A stretch of 64,000 nt of DNA from Octopus bimaculoides. Its lineage: Eukaryota. The translations under genes and the position numbers were made by a program. Shown in pieces: positions 53,818 through 64,000 of this stretch. The notes beneath the pieces were generated by a model. That model did not search any database. It was not told where the DNA came from and saw only the letters and a list, made by a program, of their open reading frames with translations. The first letter of the stretch is position 1; every line of letters begins with the position of its first letter. The stretch is taken from contig NC_068983.1 in the NCBI RefSeq assembly GCF_001194135.2, forward strand, positions 116,670,577-116,734,576, read 5' to 3'.

Positions 53818-54535
53818 AAAGCAAGAAGGCAATTAGGTTCATAATTGAAGTTCTCATGATGGCTATTAAGTTGTGATCCTGTTTCGGTTGCCTACAAGCC
53901 ACATATGTGGCAAAGAAGAACACCGAGACCTTTGCACGTTCATCCTAAGTAGGGACACTAATTACTGCGCATTATTACTAAAGATATTAACAAGAAACAG
54001 TTTCTGGAGAGGCTAAGTACAGGGCTGCGGGGAACCTATGTTTCAACGTTGAAAGATCAAGGCATGAGGTTAAACAAAATGCAAATAACTCCACTGATAC
54101 GCGGGATGCAATACACAGCAGCAAACTAACAACACTGATGTAGGCAGAGCCGAGTGGCTAACAAGGTCACTTCAAGATCACAAGACTTTGAGTTTGATTC
54201 GAAAACGTGTTACCTTGTGTGTATGCTTACAATCCGCTGACTATATCCAAGCCTTGTGAGACAAACTGGATAGGATGTAACTGCATGGATTACACCTTCG
54301 AGCTTTATCACATGTGAAGTCTTGTCACATATCCCTCGTAGATTCAGCCAGGTAATCACTTTAATGGTACTGGTACGAGTGTCTGTGGCGCTCTCAGCCA
54401 TATTTATGTCAATTTTAAGAGTTTGTAGTTAAGTTGATCGGACAACTGAATATTCCTTCTTGAAACCGGCCGTAGATCCATTATACAGACCCCTCTCTCT
54501 CTCTCTCTCTCACACACACACTCACACACTATTCT

Positions 54536-54577
<42 letters not shown>

Positions 54578-54662
54578 TCTTTCTTTCTCTTATATATGTG
54601 TATGTATGTTTGTGCTTACGCCCCGGTCTAAAGAACTNNNNNNNNNNGAGTCGCTTTATGTA

Positions 54663-54927
54663 TAGATGAATAAATGCGCCCTTTTAAAGCCTACCCAGGC
54701 TCATCGGCTCGGTTTCCCGGTTTCAATGGCGTATGTGTTCCCCAGCTGGACGGGACGCCACTCCATTGCAGCGTTACTCATTTTTGCTAGCTGAGTGGAC
54801 CGGAGCAACGTGAAATGAAGTGTTTTGCTCAAGAACACAACGCGTCGCTCGGTCCAGGAATCGAAACCATATCACGATCATGATCATGATGCTGACACCC
54901 TATCCACTAAGCCACGCGCCTCCACTC
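54663..54927 (-). mobile_element. tRNA-derived SINE (family C) with a 13-bp target-site duplication
   Basis: Head GTGGAGGCGCGTGGCTTAGTGGATAGGGTG...GGTTTCGATTCCTGG; GTCGCTTTATGTA is duplicated at 54650-54662 and 54928-54940. Confidence 0.88.
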
Positions 54928-54969
54928 GTCGCTTTATGTACCATACTTTAAAGTAAGACAAATAATAAT

Positions 54970-55151
54970 ACTTGTTTTAATCATTGAACAGCGGCCATGC
55001 TGGGGCAGCAGCACTTATGCTTTTTTAAGCGTGATACGTATTCTATCGGTTTCTTTAGGCAAATCGCAATATTTCGGGGACTCAAACAAACCAACGCCGG
55101 TTGTGAAGCGGTGGAGTGAGATAGAACATATAGACACACATATAGGTACAC

Positions 55152-55199
<48 letters not shown>

Positions 55200-55368
55200 A
55201 CACACACACATTTCAGTTTCCATCTACCAACTCCATTGACAAGCCTTGGGCGGCCCGTGTAGAAGACACTTGTCCATGCAGTAGAAGACACTTGTCATGC
55301 AGTATTACTGAACCCGGAACCATGTAGTTTGGAGGCGAACTTCTTACCATACAGCCACGCCTGCGCCT
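54970..55368 (-). mobile_element. SINE family B with internal (CA)n
   Basis: Homologous to 64-511; head GGCGCAGGCGTGGCTGTATGGTAAG. Confidence 0.8.
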
Positions 55369-55974
55369 GATATTAGCAGACTAAAACAACTACAATGATT
55401 GATCTGTTTAACTAAAAGCTTTGAAGGTATTGCTTCATTATGGCCGTAGTCCAATGGCTGAAACCAGTAAAAATGAAAGAATAAACGATAATTCAGAAGA
55501 AGGAAGATTGAGTGAATAACTCGGTATCTATTAGTAAATGCTGGTAGGTGGAGATATGTTGCTAGCAACTTTGAGATAGAACAAATAACGTTTGATAAAT
55601 GTAAAAATATCGTTAGTTCACAGGAAGCAGTTAAAATACACAATGCCTCAATGGATATTTTGTACGAGAAACAAACCTGAAAACATAATGTCTTATGAAA
55701 ATAGCAGCCCAGTCTTCACTATCAAATCAGACTGCACCGTTTTAAATATAGAAAACATTCGATAATGCAATCTTTGTCTTACTAGTTTCAGAGTACGAAA
55801 TAGGATGGTGAAGGGAGAATACCTTAGGGATAAACAATAAAAACATTCAAAGCTTCTTGGATGAGGTCACACGATCTTTTTATTGGATATAAGGATAACA
55901 TAGATGATGGTGATGATAACGATAATAATGATGAGGAAGACGAGGAAGTCGATGACTATGATCAACATTACCAT

Positions 55975-55986
55975 GATAATGATGAC

Positions 55987-56046
<60 letters not shown>
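55975..56046. repeat. (GAT)n microsatellite
   Basis: Trinucleotide run; it explains the poly-Asp ORF. Confidence 0.95.
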
Positions 56047-56047
<1 letters not shown>

Positions 56048-57229
56048 TTTATGTTGAGAGGGTGACGGGAGTAGTAGTGCTAGAAGAGAAGATGGTAGTT
56101 AGTCAGGAGCAAATAGCAGGCTGTTGATGATGAAATGGCAAACAATACCATTGACATTGTGACTGGTTTATATATAAACGTAACTTGTGGCTAGAATTAT
56201 TGACCAGTTTATTGACCGATGTTAAGTAGTTACTCTCTAAGGTTGCCCGTTCCAGCTTCATTGTATTTTTCCGTGTTCAGTATACCTAATCAATACTGAC
56301 AGCCTCAATATATATAGAGCACAGAGAAATAAAAATAAAACAGCTTTTAAATGTGATTGTGACCTTGTTGAATTTTTCTGTCAGACTAGTTTAAAGTGAA
56401 GGACTATCTGGCAAAAGAATAAACTAATGCAAATGAGTATTTTTTATTGATTCGATTACTATATTGTACAGCGAACAGGTGAGTCTGAAGACTCTCCGTT
56501 AAGCATTGTAATATAGATGTAACTTTTGCTTTGTCAAAAGGGAATCGCTGTTGCATTTATAACTGTGTGCTACAGAAAGTCACTTTGGGATCATGTTTTT
56601 CAAAGTTTGATCTCACAGCACAGTATTTTGTGTAACAGTTTATTCGATAATTTCCTATTAACTATTATGATTGCTGACAAAAACTTTGAAGCAGCATATC
56701 GGCAATTCAGTTCATCTCTAACTCGGTTCATGTACGTGATAATGATAAGCCACAAAAGTGGAGAAACATCGATGTTCATCGCTCTAGGCTATGAGTTTCC
56801 AGGCTAAGGTTTCAGGTGTTTCAACACTAGGCGCTTTCAGAGAATAGGAACTTTGAGAGACTCATTCCCACCGAGTTGAACTGCAGCCTGTCGGTGAAAA
56901 AGCTAAGCGTATGCATTGACTATGTGTAGTCGATAATGTTTACCATATTAGCGCTGCCCCTACTTCATATTTGAATTTATTCTCATGTATTGATCGTCGT
57001 AGAATATCAGCAAATGGTTTTTACACTATTTGTATATAACCATAGACTGGCGATTCAGTTCATCTCCCATTGGGTTTAGGTATGTGATATTGATAAGCCA
57101 CAAAAATAGCGAAACATTGATGTTAATCACTTCTGAATGGGATTTGGGGCAAGTTATCTCAACTGTCTAGGACTTTCACTCGTTTTCACACCAGGCGCGA
57201 ACAAGCGGAACACATACATTGAATATATA

Positions 57230-57285
<56 letters not shown>

Positions 57286-57565
57286 NNNNNNNNNNTAGGG
57301 AAAGGAGAGCTGGCTCTCAGTATAAGGGAAATAAAAGGAACCAATTAGATGAACGCGTGCACACACACATACAGTCTTATATATGTATATATATAATGGA
57401 TAATAAAACGAATGGTGTACACCTGGTAGCTTACTGGTAAAGCACGGTCACTTTCAGAGTGATCATTAGGTAAATAACAAATGAAAGTTAGAAGATGGAA
57501 TATACGAGAACATATTATTAATCACAACAATTGTTTCGACACATTTAACANNNNNNNNNNGGTAA

Positions 57566-58080
57566 ATAACAAATGAAAGTTAGAAGATGGAATATACGAG
57601 AGCATATTATTAATCACAACAATTGTTTCGACACATTTAACATCGACTCCTCTTGTGGGACACAAAAACTGGTTCAGGTGTATCCGGTGGTGCAGATGTA
57701 TCACGTCGGATGATAAATAACTTTTAAAAACTCGTTAAAATGACTGTTCCATAATTCAACTTTCCGTTTTGTAGAGAGAAAAAAACAGCCAGACGGAGAA
57801 AAATTCTTCATATACATTGAAGATCCCGAAATAAAATTGCAGAAGACAATTTTTCTCTCTATTTTTCTCTCTACAACACAGATAGTTGAATTATGGGACA
57901 GCCATTTTAACGATTTTTAAAATTTATTTATCACTCGACGAGATATGTCTACACCACCGGATAATCCTGAACCAGTTTTTGTGTGTCCCACAAGAGAAGT
58001 CGATCCTAGATGTGTCGAAATAATTGTTGTGATTAATAATATGTTCTCGTATATTCCATCTTCTGTCTTTCATTTGTTAT
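57566..58080. repeat. 515-bp fold-back element (arms about 220 bp), each arm with a hammerhead-like motif
   Basis: ATAACAAATGAAAG...TGTAGAGAGAAAA / TTTTCTCTCTACA...CTTTCATTTGTTAT. Plus-arm motif: ATCAC-TCGACGA-GATATGTCTA...TAGATGTGTC-GAAA-TAATTGT-T-GTGAT (57930-58033). Confidence 0.8.
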
Positions 58081-58176
58081 AAATATATACACATATACGC
58101 AGACATATATATGTATGTTTGTGTATGTATGTTTATATGTATGTATGTAGTATGCATGTATGTAATATATATATAT

Positions 58177-58537
58177 AAATTTTCAGAATGAGATAAAAAT
58201 CCAAGAGTGTGAAAGATTTTAGAACATTTATAAATAAGTCTTATAGCTGTTTCCGGGATATTTTATATATCCCTTCATCGAAGACGGTGTGAGAAAATGG
58301 TTAAGTAATAGTTATTTTAGATATGAAATATCCTTACATATCTCACGTGTATTTTCATTCCTCCACTTCACTCTCTGTTTCATATCTTATCTAAAAAAAC
58401 TATTGCTTAACCATTTTCTCACACCGTCTTCGATGGAGGTATATACAAAATATCCCGGAAACAGTTGTAAGCCCTTCTATTTATAAATGTTCTAAAATCT
58501 TTCACAACCTTGGATTTTTATTTCATTCTGAAAATTT
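58177..58537. repeat. 361-bp fold-back element, each arm with a minimal hammerhead-like motif
   Basis: AAATTTTCAGAATG...CATTCTGAAAATTT. Minus-arm motif: GTCT-TCGATGA-A GGGATAT ATAAA ATATCCC G-GAAAC-AGCT ATA-AGAC (58238-58285); plus-arm counterpart at 58426-58473. Confidence 0.8.
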
Positions 58538-58723
58538 CTTTATATTTACACATGCTGATATATGACCTACATTGGACTCCTCATTCGCATAATCATCGAA
58601 CCTGGAGCTTAACTATAGTCTAGCCATAGCACTTACTCAGCATTACCTGACACCTTTGGGTCTTATTGACCCCATTACCTCTCATCACCCCTCTCTCTCT
58701 TTCTCTCTCTCTCTCTCTTTCCG

Positions 58724-58782
<59 letters not shown>

Positions 58783-58789
58783 TTTTCTC

Positions 58790-58822
<33 letters not shown>

Positions 58823-58843
58823 TTTTCTCTCTCTCTCTCTATC

Positions 58844-58888
<45 letters not shown>

Positions 58889-59887
58889 NNNNNNNNNNNN
58901 NNNNNNNNNNNNNNNNNNNNNNNNNNNNNNNNNNNNNNNNNNNNNNNNNNNNNNNNNNNNNNNNNNNNNNNNNNNNNNNNNNNNNNNNNNNNNNNNNNNN
59001 NNNNNNNNNNNNNNNNNNNNNNNNNNNNNNNNNNNNNNNNNNNNNNNNNNNNNNNNNNNNNNNNNNNNNNNNNNNNNNNNNNNNNNNNNNNNNNNNNNNN
59101 NNNNNNNNNNNNNNNNNNNNNNNNNNNNNNNNNNNNNNNNNNNNNNNNNNNNNNNNNNNNNNNNNNNNNNNNNNNNNNNNNNNNNNNNNNNNNNNNNNNN
59201 NNNNNNNNNNNNNNNNNNNNNNNNNNNNNNNNNNNNNNNNNNNNNNNNNNNNNNNNNNNNNNNNNNNNNNNNNNNNNNNNNNNNNNNNNNNNNNNNNNNN
59301 NNNNNNNNNNNNNNNNNNNNNNNNNNNNNNNNNNNNNNNNNNNNNNNNNNNNNNNNNNNNNNNNNNNNNNNNNNNNNNNNNNNNNNNNNNNNNNNNNNNN
59401 NNNNNNNNNNNNNNNNNNNNNNNNNNNNNNNNNNNNNNNNNNNNNNNNNNNNNNNNNNNNNNNNNNNNNNNNNNNNNNNNNNNNNNNNNNNNNNNNNNNN
59501 NNNNNNNNNNNNNNNNNNNNNNNNNNNNNNNNNNNNNNNNNNNNNNNNNNNNNNNNNNNNNNNNNNNNNNNNNNNNNNNNNNNNNNNNNNNNNNNNNNNN
59601 NNNNNNNNNNNNNNNNNNNNNNNNNNNNNNNNNNNNNNNNNNNNNNNNNNNNNNNNNNNNNNNNNNNNNNNNNNNNNNNNNNNNNNNNNNNNNNNNNNNN
59701 NNNNNNNNNNNNNNNNNNNNNNNNNNNNNNNNNNNNNNNNNNNNNNNNNNNNNNNNNNNNNNNNNNNNNNNNNNNNNNNNNNNNNNNNNNNNNNNNNNNN
59801 NNNNNNNNNNNNNNNNNNNNNNNNNNNNNNNNNNNNNNNNNNNNNNNNNNNNNNNNNNNNNNNNNNNNNNNNNNNNNNNNNNNNNNN
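58889..59887. other. Assembly gap (N run), the largest of many flanked by microsatellites
   Basis: About 1 kb of N; other gaps lie near 13127, 36704, 37587, 40770, 50882, 52323 and 60993. Confidence 0.99.
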
Positions 59888-59946
<59 letters not shown>

Positions 59947-60943
59947 TGTGTGAGTGTGTGTGTGTGTGTGTGTGTATGTGTAACAACATATTTAGGGAGT
60001 AAACTATCTGGTATGACGACTTATTATTTTCAACCTCAAATGAACCGTAATCAAAGGCATTCCACCAGCTATAAACCGGCTTTTTTCTTATGACTAGGAA
60101 TCACAGAACCACATTATCATAGACACTGAGATGTGATCTGAGGGAGATTTGTTTAGACGATCGACTGAACACATATAGGTGGCTCATTAGCCTGGAATAG
60201 TTGTGCGCAATATTAGGGTAAGCACTTGTGTTGAGAACGCTGCTGTACTTCGTCTCTGAGTGGAGGAGTCGGTGTCTCACCAGAACGTGAAGCAGCTCTG
60301 TAGGCTTTTCGGCCCGTTGCAACGGGACTCCAGAGCTGCCTAGGATCACTCACCGATACAGGCAGCAAAGCTCTCACACAGCAGCACGAGCGTTGTCGAG
60401 TCATATATTGTGACTCTTGGCCAGATGTATTAGCGAGGAGTGGACTATCGCTTGAACGGGATATATAAATAAAGTAGTATACATATTATAAATTTGACGC
60501 TGAAAACAATATTTAATATCGTTTGAAATAATTCAGTCAGCATTTATCATTGACCATGAATAATACCGTGCATTTTTCGGTTTCAGTTTAGCAAATAAAT
60601 AGCGTCTGGAAAGGTTATGAAGTGTTAGAAAAATCGTCGATAACTTAAGAATATGTTGACAATAATGAATATACATTTAAACTGAATTAAATTCGCAAAT
60701 GACTGATTAATGATAAATGAGTGATAATCCCTTGCGGCACTAGACATTACATTTATCACACTTTCTAGCGAATACAGAACACAATTCTTTGTCCAAGGAA
60801 TATTTCATTTAAAACAACAACACAAAATCAAATACGCAATGTACCAGTCTGCTTATCTGTCTGTTTGAATGCATGAATTTATATCTCTCCTTTTCTCTCT
60901 CATCCTCTCTCTTTCCCCCCTTTCTCTCTCTCTCTCTCTCTCC

Positions 60944-60992
<49 letters not shown>

Positions 60993-62799
60993 NNNNNNNN
61001 NNNNNNNNNNNNNNNNNNNNNNNNNNNNNNNNNNNNNNNNNNNNNNNNNNNNNNNNNNNNNNNNNNNNNNNNNNNNNNNNNNNNNNNNNNNNNNNNNNNN
61101 NNNNNNNNNNNNNNNNNNNNNNNNNNNNNNNNNNNNNNNNNNNNNNNNNNNNNNNNNNNNNNNNNNNNNNNNNNNNNNNNNNNNNNNNNNNNNNNNNNNN
61201 NNNNNNNNNNNNNNNNNNNNNNNNNNNNNNNNNNNNNNNNNNNNNNNNNNNNTGTGTGTGTGTGTGTGTGTGTGTGTATTTATGCTAGTACATTATAAGT
61301 AATTAATAGTGCATTTTAAAAAAATGTTATATAAAGTTACATTATTGGCAACCGCATAGCCTTCCGGGTAAAACATAAAAATGCAAGTCCAAAACTGATA
61401 GTTAGACGTTCATGTGCTATAAGAAGCTTAGTTGCTGGAATATTTTGATTTAATCGCGTATAGAGCATCGTGGTACCTTTTAATCATTAGGTGCTCTACG
61501 TCGATAATAACTGATCTAAGCAGTTCCAGTTAAGAGGATAGTCGTTAGGACTTGTACAGTAGCACTGTAAAGATTTTCGGGATAGATAAGGTATATAGTT
61601 TTCATTAAACAAGGTGGAGAATGTAGTAATCAAAATGTTGTAATCCTAATTCTATCTTACAACGACTCATCATTTTAGCGAATGTACAATAAATGCTAGC
61701 GTTCCTAACATAAGAGAAAATATAGGATAATATTGATATCATGATTTATCTAGAATGCATGTGAGCAATATTGTAAAATGCAGGTATTACATTGATTATA
61801 GCATATTATTGTAGAATGAAATAACACTAAAACGAATTGGGATCCAATAGTAATGGGCATGCAGTTTCATACGGATTTATTGAGCGTTTAGTGGTTGGAC
61901 TAAGTTAATATTGATGATTACTTCTGTTAATAATACGATTATGTTGAGCGTTCGTTCAAGCGAACATTTATGCACGAGAGACTTGGCTTGCTGACTGTCT
62001 GAATCATCATCATCGAAATAATCGATGAAGGCATGTACATTCGTACATACATACATACATACATATATACAAACATACGTACATACATACATATGTGTGC
62101 GTGTGCATGTGTGATGGGCGTGCGTGTGGTAGTGTTGGTGGTGGTGGTGGTGGTGTGTGTGTGTGTGTATGTGTGAAAAACAGGCCATGTAAATTATATG
62201 TCAAAGGAAGAAGCATTCAGTATAAAAAAAAATAAGATCAAGAGTTAAAATATATGTTTGTAAAACTTGTTATAATCCATCAAGTTATACTAAAGTGGAG
62301 AAGGAAAAAAAGACATATACAGCAATCTTGAGTGCGATAAATGGCAATATCCATACGTTTGTATGTATATATTACATATAATCTATACGTAATATGTATA
62401 CATGTGTATGTTTGCATTATTTTCTAATCAGTCCTCCTGCGTATTTTTGAATACGTTTTAGTTTCAGTTAATATTCCTACTTGATATAGTAATACAGAAA
62501 ATACCGAAAATCGACTCCTTTGTTCAGTATATATTTATATAACCAACATCTAAATTTCTAAACGTTTGTAAATTGCAGAGATTGAGTGTTTTGATGTGAA
62601 TGTAATAGTGTGACACAGGTCAACTTTGGCTCCACAGACGTCGAAGGAAAGTCATTCTTTTCTTTATTATTGCTTCATTTGTAAGAATATATATAACCAC
62701 ATTATTANNNNNNNNNNTAAAGGCAAATATGTCAATAACATTATGCTATTGCTTGCACCATATCAGCTTTGTTGGATAAAACACAATTGTTTGTAATTA

Positions 62800-63000
62800 G
62801 GCACAACACCCAGTAATTTTGAAGGGAAGGGGTTTAGTCGATTACGCAGACCTCAGTACTGAACTACTACTTTTTATCGACGTCGAAAGGATGAAAGGGA
62901 AAAGTAACTTCGATGGTATTTGAACTAAGAATGTTAAAAGCTGGGACAAATTCCACAAGACACTTTGTCTGTGATCTAACCGTCTTGCTAATCCTCCGTC
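62800..63000 (-). mobile_element. SINE family A, diverged
   Basis: AGTCGATTACGCAGACCTCAGTACTG...GAAAGGATGAAAGG...TTTGAACT. Confidence 0.7.
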
Positions 63001-64000
63001 CTTCTGACAAAATGTATTAATGAAGATATTCTTGCTATGAACATATTGTTATTCACAAGAGCGTAAGATGTTATCTGACAGATTTTTGTCTGCATTTCGT
63101 TGGAGTTGGGTGGGAACTGCGTAGAGGTTTCTCTGTGATACGTAAACCAACTTTAAATCTTAAATGTATTATCATTTTTTAGAGTACAGTAATGCGTTTC
63201 AGTCAACCACAAAAATGAGATTCCAGTGGAAAATCATGAACTTTGTGATGTGGCTGATTAGCAGAATCATTAGATATCGGTCACATAATATTATGCTGTT
63301 TAAATAGTTCTCTTTACGCTTCGAGTTCAAACCTTGCCGGAATTGAAACTCTTTTAATCCTTTCGGACTCAATAGAATAAATACTGGGTGGTATAATCAA
63401 TAGTTTTTTTTGGTAATATTTGTGAGGAGAATTTTGAAATTAATATTATATAATATTATATTACATAAAATGATCAAAGCACAAAATATTAGTTTGACAA
63501 TCTACCGGTCTGACATATTTTCATATATTTTCTAATATTATTTGCCTCTGGTTGAGATTTTGTTAATAACAACAGTTACAAAAATTGAATTATTTCTGTT
63601 TAGTCCCTAAGAATTTGGTGCAGTTCTTGGTAGATTAAAATAGACATTCTTTGCTAACGAAAATTTAGTACTGTTCAGTCGTGTCATACATCAGAAAAGA
63701 TTACCACCTTACCACCACGTGGTTCTGGTGCAATCTGATGGCATAGGGACTTTGGGTGTGTGCCTTCTAATATACCGTAAGACTCAGCAATACTTTTCGA
63801 AATTGATATGTAGAAACAATGGATAAATTCCAAGTATAAATGTGTGTGTGAGTGCGGGCATTTATATATGCTGAGGATGGATTTGTGAGTGAGTGGGTGA
63901 ATCTGCAGTTGTGTCTCCTAGTGACAACTAACGCGTTATGCTGTATCCGGTTTTGTAAAAACAGTAAAGCATAGCCATCCGATAAACAATCGATGAATTA

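Noticed and set aside
54140-54200. VGRAEW peptide as the next TMTC exon (expected V.G.VGRA)
   Set aside because: It lies in a tRNA-like SINE head, has no acceptor in phase and the downstream residues do not match TMTC.
56472-56484. CAG|GTGAGT donor with a possible 7-nt micro-exon
   Set aside because: It would frameshift TMTC, and the longer alternative exon has an in-frame stop; no support.
52714-57377. Identical 82-bp segment at 52714-52795 and 57296-57377
   Set aside because: The second copy starts exactly at a 10-N gap, so a scaffolding or gap-filling artefact is likely; long reads are needed.
57468-57600. Direct duplication of the left end of the 515-bp palindrome
   Set aside because: The two copies flank a 10-N gap, typical of an unmerged contig overlap.

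Overview
AT-rich, gapped animal genomic scaffold. The dense (AT)n/(CA)n/(GAT)n microsatellites, N gaps and tRNA-derived SINE families resemble Octopus; this taxon assignment is inference from repeat content. The only well-supported host gene is a TMTC-family O-mannosyltransferase, most like TMTC4, on the + strand with two coding exons (41725-42030 and 46090-46279). Its upstream and later exons were not found in the window. The rest is repeat landscape: at least three SINE families, three decayed mariner transposons, a HERO-like REL non-LTR 3' fragment, a CR1-like LINE 3' fragment, a Naiad-like Penelope element (RT plus GIY-YIG) and two further Penelope GIY-YIG fragments. The most notable unexplained pattern is a set of ORF-less fold-back elements, unrelated to each other in sequence (3659-3756, 51040-51400, 57566-58080, 58177-58537, plus a single-arm relative at about 37420-37585). 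Each carries minimal type I hammerhead-like motifs with a self-complementary stem III, pointing outward from the palindrome centre, mostly with a non-canonical CCGA/TCGA core. They look like non-autonomous, inverted Penelope pseudo-LTR doublets; activity is untested.
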